A stretch of 57,279 nucleotides of DNA, taken from positions 1 through 57,279 of the IMG/VR virus record IMGVR_UViG_3300017716_003587; one strand, 5' to 3'. Shown piece after piece: positions 44,979 to 54,718 of the stretch (within the stretch, counting starts at the first letter, position 1; every line of letters starts with the position of its first letter). The notes under the pieces were generated by a model. That model saw only the letters and a program-made list of their open reading frames with translations. It had not been told where the DNA came from and did not search any database. The DNA is from a virus (Duplodnaviria; Caudoviricetes). The position numbers and the translations under genes are program-made.

Positions 44979-46033
44979 GTCAGCCTCTCTCGCCGCTCGG
45001 CGCCAGCGCCCGAGTACGGGGTGGTGCCGTCAGCATCCTCGAACAGGTCGGCCTGAAGGAGCACTGTGGTGCCGTCCTCGGCGTAGACGGTGAAGGTGCC
45101 AGCGACCGGATCGGTGACCGTCTTGTTCCGCAGGATCGCGAGCGCAAGGTTGAGTGCTTGCCCGGTGGTGCCAGCGGTGTTGACGTCTTCGGCGATCGTG
45201 TTCCACACGGCCGCCGCGAGCGCTTCAGGGGTGAGCGGGTCGGAGGAGAGGGCGACGCTGATGTTCGCCTCCATGAACCCGTCGGCGCGCATCGTCCCGG
45301 TTGCCGCCCCCGTGCCGGTGAGCGCTGCCACGGCGTTCGCGAGGGCGGTGAGGGTGCCGGTCATGCTGCCGGCACCTGCGAGCGAAGCTGCCGCGTCGAC
45401 GGTTGCCGTGAGGGTGGCGGTGATTCCGCCGACGCCGGACAGGTTCGCTGCGGCCGCGACGGCACCTGCGAGGGTGGCGGTGATGCTGCTGGTGCCTGCG
45501 AGGGTGGCGATGGCGTTGACGACCGACTGGATGTCGGCGGTACTGATCGTGCCTGACCCGCTGAGGGTGGCCGAGGCGTTCAGGACGGCGATCAGGTCGG
45601 CGGTGAGGGCGCCGGTGCCGCCGAGCGAGGCATCGAGCCGGCCGGTCGCTTCGAGGGTGGCGGTGAGTGCAGCGAGACCTGCGAGGGTGGCGGTGATCGG
45701 GGCTCGGCCGGTGATGAGCGCTGCGAGCGCCCCGGCGCCTGTGAGCGTCGCTTCGCCGTTGATGCCGCCTGCGAGGTTCGCTGCGCCGATGCCGCCGGTG
45801 CCGACGACGAGGGTGTACGAGGAGAGCCCGCCGGTTTCCTGGGGGATGATCCAGGTGTACGGGGGTCGGTATCCGTTGGGGGTGCCGGCGGTGTCGTCGT
45901 AGTTCGGGTCGATGTACCGGTTGCGGACGGCGCCCGACTTGTTCCACTGCGACCGGTTGTCAGAGATCGTGGACCCGGAGAAGGCGCGTCCCGGGTTCTT
46001 CGCGAGGACCGTGTAGTTCCCGATGAGGGCCAT
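44975..46033 (-). CDS. Ala/Gly/Thr-repeat virion fibre-like protein
   Basis: About 18-aa repeats A-x-L-x-G-x-G-x-[LI]-T-A-x-L. Confidence 0.7.
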   Translation of the reverse strand: MALIGNYTVLAKNPGRAFSGSTISDNRSQWNKSGAVRNRYIDPNYDDTAGTPNGYRPPYTWIIPQETGGLSSYTLVVGTGGIGAANLAGGINGEATLTGAGALAALITGRAPITATLAGLAALTATLEATGRLDASLGGTGALTADLIAVLNASATLSGSGTISTADIQSVVNAIATLAGTSSITATLAGAVAAAANLSGVGGITATLTATVDAAASLAGAGSMTGTLTALANAVAALTGTGAATGTMRADGFMEANISVALSSDPLTPEALAAAVWNTIAEDVNTAGTTGQALNLALAILRNKTVTDPVAGTFTVYAEDGTTVLLQADLFEDADGTTPYSGAGAERRERLT

Positions 46034-46036
46034 CGG

Positions 46037-47188
46037 TCACCCCCAGCCGAAGTCGATGTGCCCGTAGAACGCCGAGTTGGTCGGGGTGTTCGCTCCCGCG
46101 TAGATCAGCCAGTGGAGCACGGCGCCGTCTTGGATGCGGGGCAGCGACGGGATCTGGTTGAGGAGGTCGCGTTCGCCTGCGACGCCGAGGGTGGTGAGGG
46201 GCAGGGTGAGGAGCGGCTTGCAGAGCGCGATGTTGCCGACACCGGAGGTGCGGGTGGCGCTGTACTGGATCGACTGGATCGAGCGGATGCCGGCGTCACC
46301 GGAGGCCTGTGGGATGAACGGGCCGTACTTGCCTGCGCCGGTGCCGGAATGGTCGATCATGCCGACCGGGGCGGCGGTGGTGAGCGCGGGCAGGGCGGGG
46401 GCGGTGGGGATGGCGCGACCGGCGGTGCCTGCCGAGTTGGTGTAGCCGGACGAGCCGAACGACAGGTTCGGGGTGCCGGCGCCCATCACGGTCGACGGGA
46501 CGTGGAACGCCTGGACGCCTGCGCCGTCGGTGTAGCGGGGGAGGCCGGGGCGGATCGTGTGGGTGCCGGTGCCGGCGTCGGTGATGTCGATCGTGGTGTT
46601 CGCGACGGCGTTCGCGAGTGACGTCGCCAGCTTCGAGGTGGTGGCTGACTGGCGCACCGTCCAGTAGTCGGTGACCAACGCGAGGCCGGCAGGGAGGGTG
46701 GTGGTCGTGGTGAGCTGCACCCGGGAGAACGTCGGGATGTCGTAGCCGGTGTGGGTGATGACGTCGGTGCCGGCGTCGGCGGTGAACGTCGCCGAGTTGA
46801 TCGTCGCCTGCGAGGTCGCGGTGGTGACGGTGGTGATCGGGTAGTGGGCGAGCATGTCGACGAGCATCAGCACGCACGGCATCGTGGTGGCCGCGGCGGA
46901 GAACCCGGAGACGTTCAGGATGTGCTTCGTGTCCGGGGAGACGGCGCCGCCATGCTGGATGCCGTTCGCATTGGGGGTGACGTCATGCCAGCCGCCCTGG
47001 AACGACAGGTTGGTCCCGGCGCCGAGGAGCGACTGGGCGGGCGGGTTGCCGGCGCCACCGGCGAGCGAGTACCAGACGCCTGCGGCCTGAGCGGTGGTCG
47101 GCAGGGCGTTCTTGTTCCAGTCGGCCCGCCAGAACTTCCCGTTGACCGTCGTCTCGTTGATGAAGTCGTCGTGCGACGCGAATCCCAT
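46037..47188 (-). CDS. Virion structural protein (LPRYTDG type)
   Basis: Thr/Ala/Gly-rich; paralogous to 47194-48054. Confidence 0.7.
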   Translation of the reverse strand: MGFASHDDFINETTVNGKFWRADWNKNALPTTAQAAGVWYSLAGGAGNPPAQSLLGAGTNLSFQGGWHDVTPNANGIQHGGAVSPDTKHILNVSGFSAAATTMPCVLMLVDMLAHYPITTVTTATSQATINSATFTADAGTDVITHTGYDIPTFSRVQLTTTTTLPAGLALVTDYWTVRQSATTSKLATSLANAVANTTIDITDAGTGTHTIRPGLPRYTDGAGVQAFHVPSTVMGAGTPNLSFGSSGYTNSAGTAGRAIPTAPALPALTTAAPVGMIDHSGTGAGKYGPFIPQASGDAGIRSIQSIQYSATRTSGVGNIALCKPLLTLPLTTLGVAGERDLLNQIPSLPRIQDGAVLHWLIYAGANTPTNSAFYGHIDFGWG

Positions 47189-47193
47189 GCTGA

Positions 47194-48054
47194 TCAGCTC
47201 CAGACCGTCTTGATCGTCCCGTAGATGGTAACCCCATTGAGTGAGCCGGACGGGCAGCACATCCAGTTGAGGTAGGCGTTGTTCTCGATCGTCGGGGCCT
47301 GCGCGAAGTCGCGGAGGTAGTCGACCTCGACGGGCGCGTCGATGCCGCGGATCTGCATCTGCGCCAGGGGCTTCACGAGGACGAGGGTGACGAGGCCGAC
47401 GTCGGCCCCGGAGATCATCTGGAACGAGTCGATCGAGCGCACCCCGACATCGCCGGACTGCAACGGCAGGAACGGCCCGCGGGCGCCTGCGACCGCACGG
47501 TCCGAAGTTGCGATCGCCCCGACGTACGCTGCGGCGTTCAGGGTGACGAGGTCCGTCGAGCGACCAGCGACACCATCGGAGTTCGTGTAGGTCACCTGGA
47601 AGGTCTGCCCACCGAGCCCTGCGGCGACACCGACGGCGACCATCTGCACCCCAACGCCGTCGGTGTAGCGGGGGAGACCTACGTCGTTGGTCATCACCTG
47701 CTCATCGGTGGTGCCCTGGTCGACGAACGGGTAGTAGAGCAGGTAGTCGCAGAGCAACATCGGCATCGGCAACGGCGTCGCCGAGTTCGACAGCGCCATC
47801 ACCTCGCGCAGATGCTTCGACGTCGACACGTCCTGACCGTGATCAAGGCCGATGTCGTCGGAGCGGGTCAGCGCCTTCGCTTCGAGCGGCGAGGACGCGT
47901 AATACTGCGGGACGGGGTTGCCCGGCGACATCGACAGGTCGAACCAGATGCCGATCGTCGTCGGCTGCACCGGCGCCTTGCGCCAGCCGGCGAAGCGGAA
48001 CTGCCCGTTCTCCTCGGCGTCGACGAGCGCCCGGACGCCCGAGAACCCGCTCAC
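47194..48054 (-). CDS. Virion structural protein (LPRYTDG type)
   Basis: LPRYTDGVGVQ, GPFLPLQSGDVGVRSI, LVKPL. Confidence 0.7.
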   Translation of the reverse strand: MSGFSGVRALVDAEENGQFRFAGWRKAPVQPTTIGIWFDLSMSPGNPVPQYYASSPLEAKALTRSDDIGLDHGQDVSTSKHLREVMALSNSATPLPMPMLLCDYLLYYPFVDQGTTDEQVMTNDVGLPRYTDGVGVQMVAVGVAAGLGGQTFQVTYTNSDGVAGRSTDLVTLNAAAYVGAIATSDRAVAGARGPFLPLQSGDVGVRSIDSFQMISGADVGLVTLVLVKPLAQMQIRGIDAPVEVDYLRDFAQAPTIENNAYLNWMCCPSGSLNGVTIYGTIKTVWS

Positions 48055-48197
48055 TCGGGCGCCTTGATGCCCCCGCGACCGGCCAGCGCGGCGGAGGCGT
48101 TCGCGAGGATCGCCGCGTCACACGAGCAAGCGCGGATCGGTTCGTGGTCGGGCAGCACGATGACCGCGAGGCCGCACCCTGCGCACTCGTAGGTCAC
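48051..48197 (-). CDS. 48-aa Cys-containing protein (below ORF-track cut-off)
   Basis: MTYECAGCGLAVIVLPDHEPIRACSCDAAILANASAALAGRGGIKAPE; GAGGA RBS; fills gap and overlaps next start. Confidence 0.65.
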   Translation of the reverse strand: MTYECAGCGLAVIVLPDHEPIRACSCDAAILANASAALAGRGGIKAPE

Positions 48198-48198
48198 G

Positions 48199-48603
48199 TC
48201 AGTCCTCGGTGATGACGAGCGCCGTCGCAGCGAACTGAGGCTGGATGCCGGACGACACGTTCAGTGTCGCGGACAGGGCGCCCGAGTAGAGGATCTGGGT
48301 GGAGCTCGCAGGGGTGATCGACACGTGGGTGAGGGCGTTCACGCCACCGGTCGCCTGCGGGAACTGGATGATCGCGTCGTTCGAGCACGAGTTGCCCGAC
48401 ACCGTCCAGCCGGATGCGGACCGGGAAACGGTCACGGCGGCGTACGAGGTGTACGTCGCTTCCGACGTCGTCGAGTTGCCCGCCTCGCCGGGGTCGGCGG
48501 TGTGGAGGTGGATCTCGAGGTCGGTCGCCGCGTCCCACGGCAACGCGGTCGCCGTGAAGATCTTGGCGAGCATGTCGGTTTCGGTCGTGTTGCCCTTGCT
48601 CAT
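48199..48603 (-). CDS. Conserved virion/fibre-associated protein
   Basis: LHTADPGEAG...EATYTSYA...IQFPQATGG...PQFAA. Confidence 0.75.
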   Translation of the reverse strand: MSKGNTTETDMLAKIFTATALPWDAATDLEIHLHTADPGEAGNSTTSEATYTSYAAVTVSRSASGWTVSGNSCSNDAIIQFPQATGGVNALTHVSITPASSTQILYSGALSATLNVSSGIQPQFAATALVITED

Positions 48604-48665
48604 CGGATGCTCCTGTGGGGTCGATCAGGGCGATGATCGCACGTCGAAGCCCCGAATGGCGAGTG

Positions 48666-49817
48666 TCAGAGGTCCGGTTGGGCTGGGCGGTTCTTCGCGA
48701 GGGCGAACATCTTGGCCCCGGCGACCGATGGGCCGTACTGGGTGTCGTAGAACGCCGAGCCGTTCTGGGTGCGCAGCACGTAGCTGTCGTTGCGGTTGCC
48801 GGCGCCCCACCAGAACACGCAGCCGACACCGAGCTCATCGGCCTGGGCGAGGGTCGCCTCGAACGACGAGGTGGTGCCTTCGGCGAGGGTGGCGCCTGCT
48901 TCACCGACGATCAGCGCGACGCCCTGCTCCTGCGCCCGTCGGATGACGGAGGCGACGTCGCCCATCGCGTAGTTGTGGAAGCCGAGCACGCAGCCGGTCG
49001 TCCGCTTCGCCACCCAGCCGGGGGCCCGGTCGGCGGCGTACGCGATGCCCTGGGCCCACTGGGGGAGGTCGATGACGATGATGCCCTGCCAGCCGAGCGT
49101 GGTGCGCAGCAGCTGGTATTGGGATTCGGCGGTCGCTTCCCACTGGTCCCATGCGGAGCCGATCGGTTCGTTCAGCGGGTTCGCCCACACCATCGGGTTC
49201 GTCTTGTACTTCGTCGCGATCTCCGACCAGATCGTCTGGTAGTCGGAGTTCGCTGCGAGCTGGGCGGGGGTCGGGTTGGTGCCCGGACCGATCTGATGGG
49301 AGGCGATCATCACGACGATCCCACGGGCGAGGTACTCGTCGACGCAGTCGAACAGGCCGTTCTGGAAGTCGGCGAAGGTGTACGCGCCGTAGTCGCGCAT
49401 GATGTTGATGCGGACGAAGTTGTAGCCCTGGTCGACGTACAGCTGGGAGCGGCCGTTGAGCACCGCCATGCCGGTGTCGTTCCACCAGGTGCCCTTCGGT
49501 GCGGAGCGGGCGGTGGGGACGCCGTTGAGGCCGATCGGGACGAACTGCTTGCCGCCGCGGCCGATGCGCCCGTTCTTCAAGTAGAAGCCGGCGGTCGGCT
49601 CGGGCTTCGGCGGGACCGGCGCGGCCGGGATGGTGGATTCGTCGACGTGGATGACCTGGCCGACGTACAGCCGCGACGACAGCGTCAGCCCGTTGGTCGT
49701 CGCGAGCGTCTGGGCGAAGCGGAAGATGACGGCCGAGTCGACGCCGGGGGGCGAGATGCGGCGGGCGACCGCTGTCCAGCCTTCACCGCTGCGGATCTGT
49801 TCGTGGACGATTCCCAT
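48666..49817 (-). CDS. Glycoside hydrolase family 5 (cellulase/mannanase-like) with N-terminal LysM-like segment
   Basis: YNFVRINI, ASH, WANPLNEP (acid/base), GFHNY, LIVGEAG (nucleophile), FWW; LYVGQVIHV then Pro linker. Confidence 0.8.
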   Translation of the reverse strand: MGIVHEQIRSGEGWTAVARRISPPGVDSAVIFRFAQTLATTNGLTLSSRLYVGQVIHVDESTIPAAPVPPKPEPTAGFYLKNGRIGRGGKQFVPIGLNGVPTARSAPKGTWWNDTGMAVLNGRSQLYVDQGYNFVRINIMRDYGAYTFADFQNGLFDCVDEYLARGIVVMIASHQIGPGTNPTPAQLAANSDYQTIWSEIATKYKTNPMVWANPLNEPIGSAWDQWEATAESQYQLLRTTLGWQGIIVIDLPQWAQGIAYAADRAPGWVAKRTTGCVLGFHNYAMGDVASVIRRAQEQGVALIVGEAGATLAEGTTSSFEATLAQADELGVGCVFWWGAGNRNDSYVLRTQNGSAFYDTQYGPSVAGAKMFALAKNRPAQPDL

Positions 49818-49854
49818 GTGGTGACGGTACCAGCACGGTCAACACTGAGAGCGG

Positions 49855-51657
49855 TCACAGCACCTTCCACTTGGCGTCGAGGTAGTCCTCGACCTGCGCA
49901 ATCTCACCAGCCGACAGCGCCTTCAGGTAGACGACGATCTCGCAGACGTATCCGGAGAACCAGAACGTCGCCTGAAACCCGGAGTCGGCGGCGTTGCGGA
50001 GCGCGCCCAGGTAGAGCGACTGGGCGATGTCACGACTTGAGGCGCTGTCCGGGGTGAATGTGTTGGTGCCGTTGTTGGCCTTTGCTGTGCGCTGCGTCAC
50101 CGTGCCAGCGACGCGGTCCACGACAGTGCCTACCACGCGCGCGTCCGTGGTCGTGTAGGCGCCCGTGGTCGTGTTGAGCGTTCCTGGGTCGAAGATGGTC
50201 GAGAGGGTCGACGAGTTGAAGTAGAGCAGCCATGAGCCGTCGTTGGGCGTGACCTTGTACTTGCCGATCAGCGTGTTCGATCCTGACGGCGTGTTGACCC
50301 GACAGACTGCGAACACCGACAGGGAGTTGGTGCCGAGGTCGAGGGTGTCGCCAGCGGTCATCCAGTTGTCAATGCCATCGAACTGCACAGCCTTGAGCGC
50401 GCCGACTGACACCGAGCGGGTCGGCTGGTTGCCCGTCGCGCCCTGGGTGAAGTGACGGACGTTGCCGCTGCGGTCGTTCCACTGGGAGACGAGTGTTCCA
50501 CTGCTGTAGGTGAACGATGCGTCGTCCGATGCGTCCCACCAGCCGGCCAGGTTGGAGATGTCGGTCGGGATGAACGTGATCGGTGCGGACGGATCGACAG
50601 TTTCGACGACGAAGTCGGCGATGATGCGCGCGTAGTCGGCGTGCCCGGCGTCGCTGGGATGAACGTTGTCGAAGTAGTAGGGCGTGTTTGCCGCGTAGGA
50701 CGTCCAGTAGTCGGCGAGATCGAGGAAGCCAACGTCGTTGGCATCAGCGACTTCTTCCATTGCGACACGAAACGTCGACCACGTCACTTCGCTGATGAAC
50801 GACGTGTTGGGCGGCGGGGACGCAACGATCAGGACCGACGAGTCGAGCGCCTTCATGTCGGTCACCAGCGTCGTGAGGTGCGTCTTGAAGGTGGCGGTGG
50901 TGGTGCCGTTCAGCGCTTCGTTCAGCCCGAACGCGATGATCGCAAGATTGGGGGCCAGCTCGAGGTAGCACTGGCGTGACGAGATGCCGGTGGCATCGAC
51001 GACCAGTTCCGAACATTCAGCACCGCTGAGGGCGATGCGGGACACCTTGACGCCGGTCGTCTCGTTGTGGACCGCCTCGACAGCGACCGGGTAAGCGACC
51101 CCAGCGTCACCAGCCAGCACAAGCGTGTGGGAACCCGACGCACCTGCGTCCAGTTCGACGAACTCGACGCCTGCCGCTGCATTGCACGAGTACGTCGTCG
51201 GCGCACCTCCGTCGATCGTGGCCGTGAACGTGCCGCCACCGGGCGCGGTCAGATACATGATCTTGAACGCGGTGCAGGTGATCGGCCCTAGGGTGTAGGT
51301 GTCACCCGACGAGTTGGCGCTGAAGAACTGGGAGAAGAACCCGCCAGAGGTCTCTGAGTTCCACGTGCCGGCCGACGACGTGCGAGCATCGGTCAGTCCG
51401 AACTCCTCAACGGTCCGAATGACGCCTGTGCCTGTGGCTTGACCGTTGCGGGCGGTGAACTCGGTTCCGATGCGGCCCGCCCAGCCGTTGAGGTAGTAGG
51501 GCTCCGTCGCGTAGTAGCCCTGTGACACGGAGTCGCCGAAGCAGACAATGTGGGCTTGGCCGGCGCCTGCAGCCTGACGCGCGTACGCCTCATCCCACGC
51601 GCCGAACCACGGCCGCGACCCTGCCGAGTTGAGCATCTGCATCGACGGGACAGGCAT
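49855..51657 (-). CDS. SGNH/GDSL hydrolase fused to LamG/ConA-like domain
   Basis: FGDSVSQG, AFGLNEA, DNVHPSDAGH; then WWDASD...SQWNDRSGN...EIVVY...YLDAKW. Confidence 0.8.
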   Translation of the reverse strand: MPVPSMQMLNSAGSRPWFGAWDEAYARQAAGAGQAHIVCFGDSVSQGYYATEPYYLNGWAGRIGTEFTARNGQATGTGVIRTVEEFGLTDARTSSAGTWNSETSGGFFSQFFSANSSGDTYTLGPITCTAFKIMYLTAPGGGTFTATIDGGAPTTYSCNAAAGVEFVELDAGASGSHTLVLAGDAGVAYPVAVEAVHNETTGVKVSRIALSGAECSELVVDATGISSRQCYLELAPNLAIIAFGLNEALNGTTTATFKTHLTTLVTDMKALDSSVLIVASPPPNTSFISEVTWSTFRVAMEEVADANDVGFLDLADYWTSYAANTPYYFDNVHPSDAGHADYARIIADFVVETVDPSAPITFIPTDISNLAGWWDASDDASFTYSSGTLVSQWNDRSGNVRHFTQGATGNQPTRSVSVGALKAVQFDGIDNWMTAGDTLDLGTNSLSVFAVCRVNTPSGSNTLIGKYKVTPNDGSWLLYFNSSTLSTIFDPGTLNTTTGAYTTTDARVVGTVVDRVAGTVTQRTAKANNGTNTFTPDSASSRDIAQSLYLGALRNAADSGFQATFWFSGYVCEIVVYLKALSAGEIAQVEDYLDAKWKVL

Positions 51658-52064
51658 CAGCCATACGCCTTGCCAGCGCGCGAGCCAAGCCAGGTGGTGC
51701 CGGCGTCGAGGGTCAGGAACGTGTACACGCTGGGGGTGCCGTAGGTTGGCGGCGTGGCGTCGGGCCAGTCGACGCTGGCAGGCCACGTCGGGGTGAACGC
51801 GCCACGGAGGATCAGCGTGAACAGCGTCGCCTTGCCCGACGGGGCCGGGTTCGAGAACGTGAACGTGCAGTTCTGATCCATCGTCACGTTGAAGACGCCG
51901 TAGGTGGCGGTGTCGAGCGTCTCGGTGGCGCCTGTGGCCGCGACCGTCAGGACATTCGACTCGATCGCACCGACGTTCTCGACGGACGCGCCGCCAGCGA
52001 CGAGAGGCAGATAGCTACCACCGCCTCCACCTCCGCCGCCGGGGATGATGAGGCCTACGCCCAT
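51657..52064 (-). CDS. Small fibre-like virion protein
   Basis: Poly-Gly linker; TFTFSNP...TWPASVDW...DAGTTW tail-fibre-type C-terminus. Confidence 0.65.
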   Translation of the reverse strand: MGVGLIIPGGGGGGGGSYLPLVAGGASVENVGAIESNVLTVAATGATETLDTATYGVFNVTMDQNCTFTFSNPAPSGKATLFTLILRGAFTPTWPASVDWPDATPPTYGTPSVYTFLTLDAGTTWLGSRAGKAYG

Positions 52065-52076
52065 GTCGTGCTCCGA

Positions 52077-52934
52077 TCAGGCCGGGTCGTACGAGGTGAG
52101 CACTGCGGTCACCGGGCACGAGTCGAATACGAGGATGCCATGCGCCTGAGCGAACGCCGTGATCGTGTTGTGGTCGACACCGGGGCGCTGGCGGGCCTGC
52201 TCGAGGTCGAGGCCCGACGTCTGGTAGGCGACAGCGCCCGAGGCGTACACCCACTCCTCCGCGGCCGACGAAGCGCTCTCGCCGGTCGGAGCGGCGGCGT
52301 TGTAGAAGCCGGGGTCGACGATGATCCGGTTGCCGGCCGGGGTGCGATACGCCCCGTCGCGCCACTCGACTGCGTAGTGGTCGATCGCGTTCGCGATGAG
52401 GCCCGGGGTGAGGAAGATCAGCCCGCCGCGGCCGTACATGCGCTCCGCGAACTCGGCCTCGATGTTCGAGAGGGCGTTGTACAGCGGAGTGGCCGCCGAG
52501 CCGAACGCGATGCCCGCCGGCGCGGACGCCTCCGACGGGAGGGTGTTCACGCCAGCGACGATCGAGGTGAGGACGTCGGCGAAGACCCACGACGTCATCT
52601 CGGCGAACCGGCCACGCAGCAGGTCGAGCAGCTCCGACTCGGTGAGATCGAGGTTCGAGCCCTTCAGCCGGTCCTTGATCGTGAACGCCGCCTGGGTCTC
52701 GAACGCGTTGCATTCGCGGATCGGGTCGTCCTCGAAGAAGTCGTCCTCGCACGCCGTGGCGAGCACCCGGACGGACTCCATGTCGCGGCTGCAGATGCGC
52801 GGCTGCCACGTCACGCCCTCGTTGAGCCAGCGCTCCGCGATCTCCCCGCCCATCTCGAACTGGGGGATCTGGTCGAGGAGCAGGCCACGGTCGAGGAGTG
52901 GCGTCTCGGGCAGGTTGATGATCGGCTTCGCCAT
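52077..52934 (-). CDS. Capsid-associated (decoration/minor capsid) protein
   Basis: Directly after the major capsid gene; RTPAGNRIIVDPGF...WVYASG. Confidence 0.6.
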   Translation of the reverse strand: MAKPIINLPETPLLDRGLLLDQIPQFEMGGEIAERWLNEGVTWQPRICSRDMESVRVLATACEDDFFEDDPIRECNAFETQAAFTIKDRLKGSNLDLTESELLDLLRGRFAEMTSWVFADVLTSIVAGVNTLPSEASAPAGIAFGSAATPLYNALSNIEAEFAERMYGRGGLIFLTPGLIANAIDHYAVEWRDGAYRTPAGNRIIVDPGFYNAAAPTGESASSAAEEWVYASGAVAYQTSGLDLEQARQRPGVDHNTITAFAQAHGILVFDSCPVTAVLTSYDPA

Positions 52935-52954
52935 GTTCGTGTCTCCTCATGCAA

Positions 52955-52984
52955 CGGGGGCCGGGTCGTGCGACCCGACCCCCG
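52955..52984 (-). terminator. Hairpin between major capsid and next gene
   Basis: CGGGGGTCGGGTCG-CA-CGACCCGGCCCCCG on the minus strand. Confidence 0.55.
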
Positions 52985-53011
52985 AAGGTAGTGCTTCCTG
53001 GTGAAGGAAGG

Positions 53012-54646
53012 TCAGCTCTGGTAGCCGGCCTCGTCGCCACCCTGGCAGTTGATCACGACGTCGTCGATCTGCGCACCGTTCCAGCAAGCCGGGATGTCCA
53101 AGATGTGGGCGGGGCAGCTGGTGGTGTCCACGATGCCTTCGAAGTTCTCGAAGAAGAGCGTGAACTCGTTGCGGGAGTTCGACTGGTTGTCGCGGTAGAT
53201 GTTGTTGCCGGTCACGCCGATGGCGAGCTCACCACGGTCCATGACGGCGAACTTGCCGGCAGGGGCGAGGAGGATCTGCACCGAGGCGGGCAGCAGGTTC
53301 AGGTTGCCGCCGGACGCCACGCCCGGGATGGCGACCGCGTACGACGGGGTGTCCATGTACCAGGTCGGCGAGACACCGACGTCGGCGAACATGCCGTTGA
53401 TGGTGCCGTCCGACGGGACGCTGAAGTCGCCTGCGGTGCGACGGCGCCGCATCAGGTCGATCTTCATCGCCCACATGACCCAGCGGGGCAGCCAGGCGTG
53501 CATGGCCGGAACGTCCCAGCGCTCGGTCTCGTTGTAGAGCGCCAGGTAGTTCATGATCGTCGACACGATCGACACCGAGCCGCCGTAGCCGAGCGCCGGG
53601 GCGTTGATCTCGGTGGCGCGGGTCGCCATCAGGTTGAGCAGGCGCTGCTCGGCGAGACGGGCGTGGGCGGCACCGAGACGGTTCAGCCACGCCTCCACCA
53701 GCTCCGGGTAGGACATGGCGAGCATGTTCTTCACGGTGAGGCAGCGGTACACGCCGTACATCACGAACTCGGTGGGCGTGCCACACGTGATCGTCTGGCA
53801 GGCTTCCTTCACCGCGTTGGCGTCGGCGTCGTCGTCCGCGGTCCACACACCGACACCGGTGGTGATGTCGCTGAGCGACGGCGACTCGGGGATCGACACC
53901 TTCATGCGAGGCGCCTGGAACTGCGACATCGAGTTGAACACCGGCCGGCGCAGGACGTTGGCGCAGGCGAGCCCGTAGTACGGGGTGGCCGGGGCACACA
54001 GGGCGGCCTGGATCTCGTCCGGCTCGAACTTCGCCATGTTCAGCACCGCCGAGTCGCCGAGGATGCGGTCCTGCGGGTACTCGGCCTTGATGCGGGCGAC
54101 CTCGAACTTCTCCGAGGCGTTCGCCCGGATGTTCTGGGCGCGAGCGACGGTCGCCTTCGCGAGGTCGGCCCACGACTCGAAGCCTTCGCCCGGGGCGTGG
54201 CCGGCGACACCGTCGACTGCGTGGAGCATCTCGAGGGTCGAGACCGGCTTGGCCGGGGCGGCGGGCTTCGACTTCATGCCGAAGCCGACCTTCGGGGCCT
54301 TGCCCTGGAGCTCGGGGTCCTCGTCGGCGGCGGGCTCGTCGGCCACGGGCTCCTCGACTGCGGCCTCGGTGCTCGGCGCCGGCGCGGGCGGGTCGGCGGG
54401 GGCCGGGTCCTCGTCGGAGTCGTCGGCTGCGAGGGCGGCAGCGCGTGCGGCGTCGGCGTCCTTCTGGTCGGCGAGCGTGCGGGCCTCGTCGCGGATGGCG
54501 AGGTACTGGTCGACCTCGGTCCTGGTCTCGGCGGTCAGCTCGGGGGAGAGCAGCGCAGTCGTGGCCGCGGACTTGATCTCACGCGCCAGCGCACGCAGCG
54601 CCGAGGCGGAGAGCGCCTGCAGGTTCTCGGGGATCTTGGGCCACAT
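53012..54646 (-). CDS. Major capsid protein with N-terminal scaffold-like region
   Basis: Coiled-coil/Pro-acidic N-terminus; CAPATPYY, YPELV, NEFTLFFENFEG; position after protease; AGGAGG RBS. Confidence 0.85.
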   Translation of the reverse strand: MWPKIPENLQALSASALRALAREIKSAATTALLSPELTAETRTEVDQYLAIRDEARTLADQKDADAARAAALAADDSDEDPAPADPPAPAPSTEAAVEEPVADEPAADEDPELQGKAPKVGFGMKSKPAAPAKPVSTLEMLHAVDGVAGHAPGEGFESWADLAKATVARAQNIRANASEKFEVARIKAEYPQDRILGDSAVLNMAKFEPDEIQAALCAPATPYYGLACANVLRRPVFNSMSQFQAPRMKVSIPESPSLSDITTGVGVWTADDDADANAVKEACQTITCGTPTEFVMYGVYRCLTVKNMLAMSYPELVEAWLNRLGAAHARLAEQRLLNLMATRATEINAPALGYGGSVSIVSTIMNYLALYNETERWDVPAMHAWLPRWVMWAMKIDLMRRRRTAGDFSVPSDGTINGMFADVGVSPTWYMDTPSYAVAIPGVASGGNLNLLPASVQILLAPAGKFAVMDRGELAIGVTGNNIYRDNQSNSRNEFTLFFENFEGIVDTTSCPAHILDIPACWNGAQIDDVVINCQGGDEAGYQS

Positions 54647-54718
54647 GATGGCGCCTCCTGGTTCGGTCGGAACGTTGTTCGTCAGATTGGCATGGGGTGA
54701 CGGTGGAAAGTCAAACGA

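Noticed and set aside
54670-54681. GAAC-GTT-GTTC upstream of the capsid gene as an SOS box
   Set aside because: Spacer is 3 nt, not 4.
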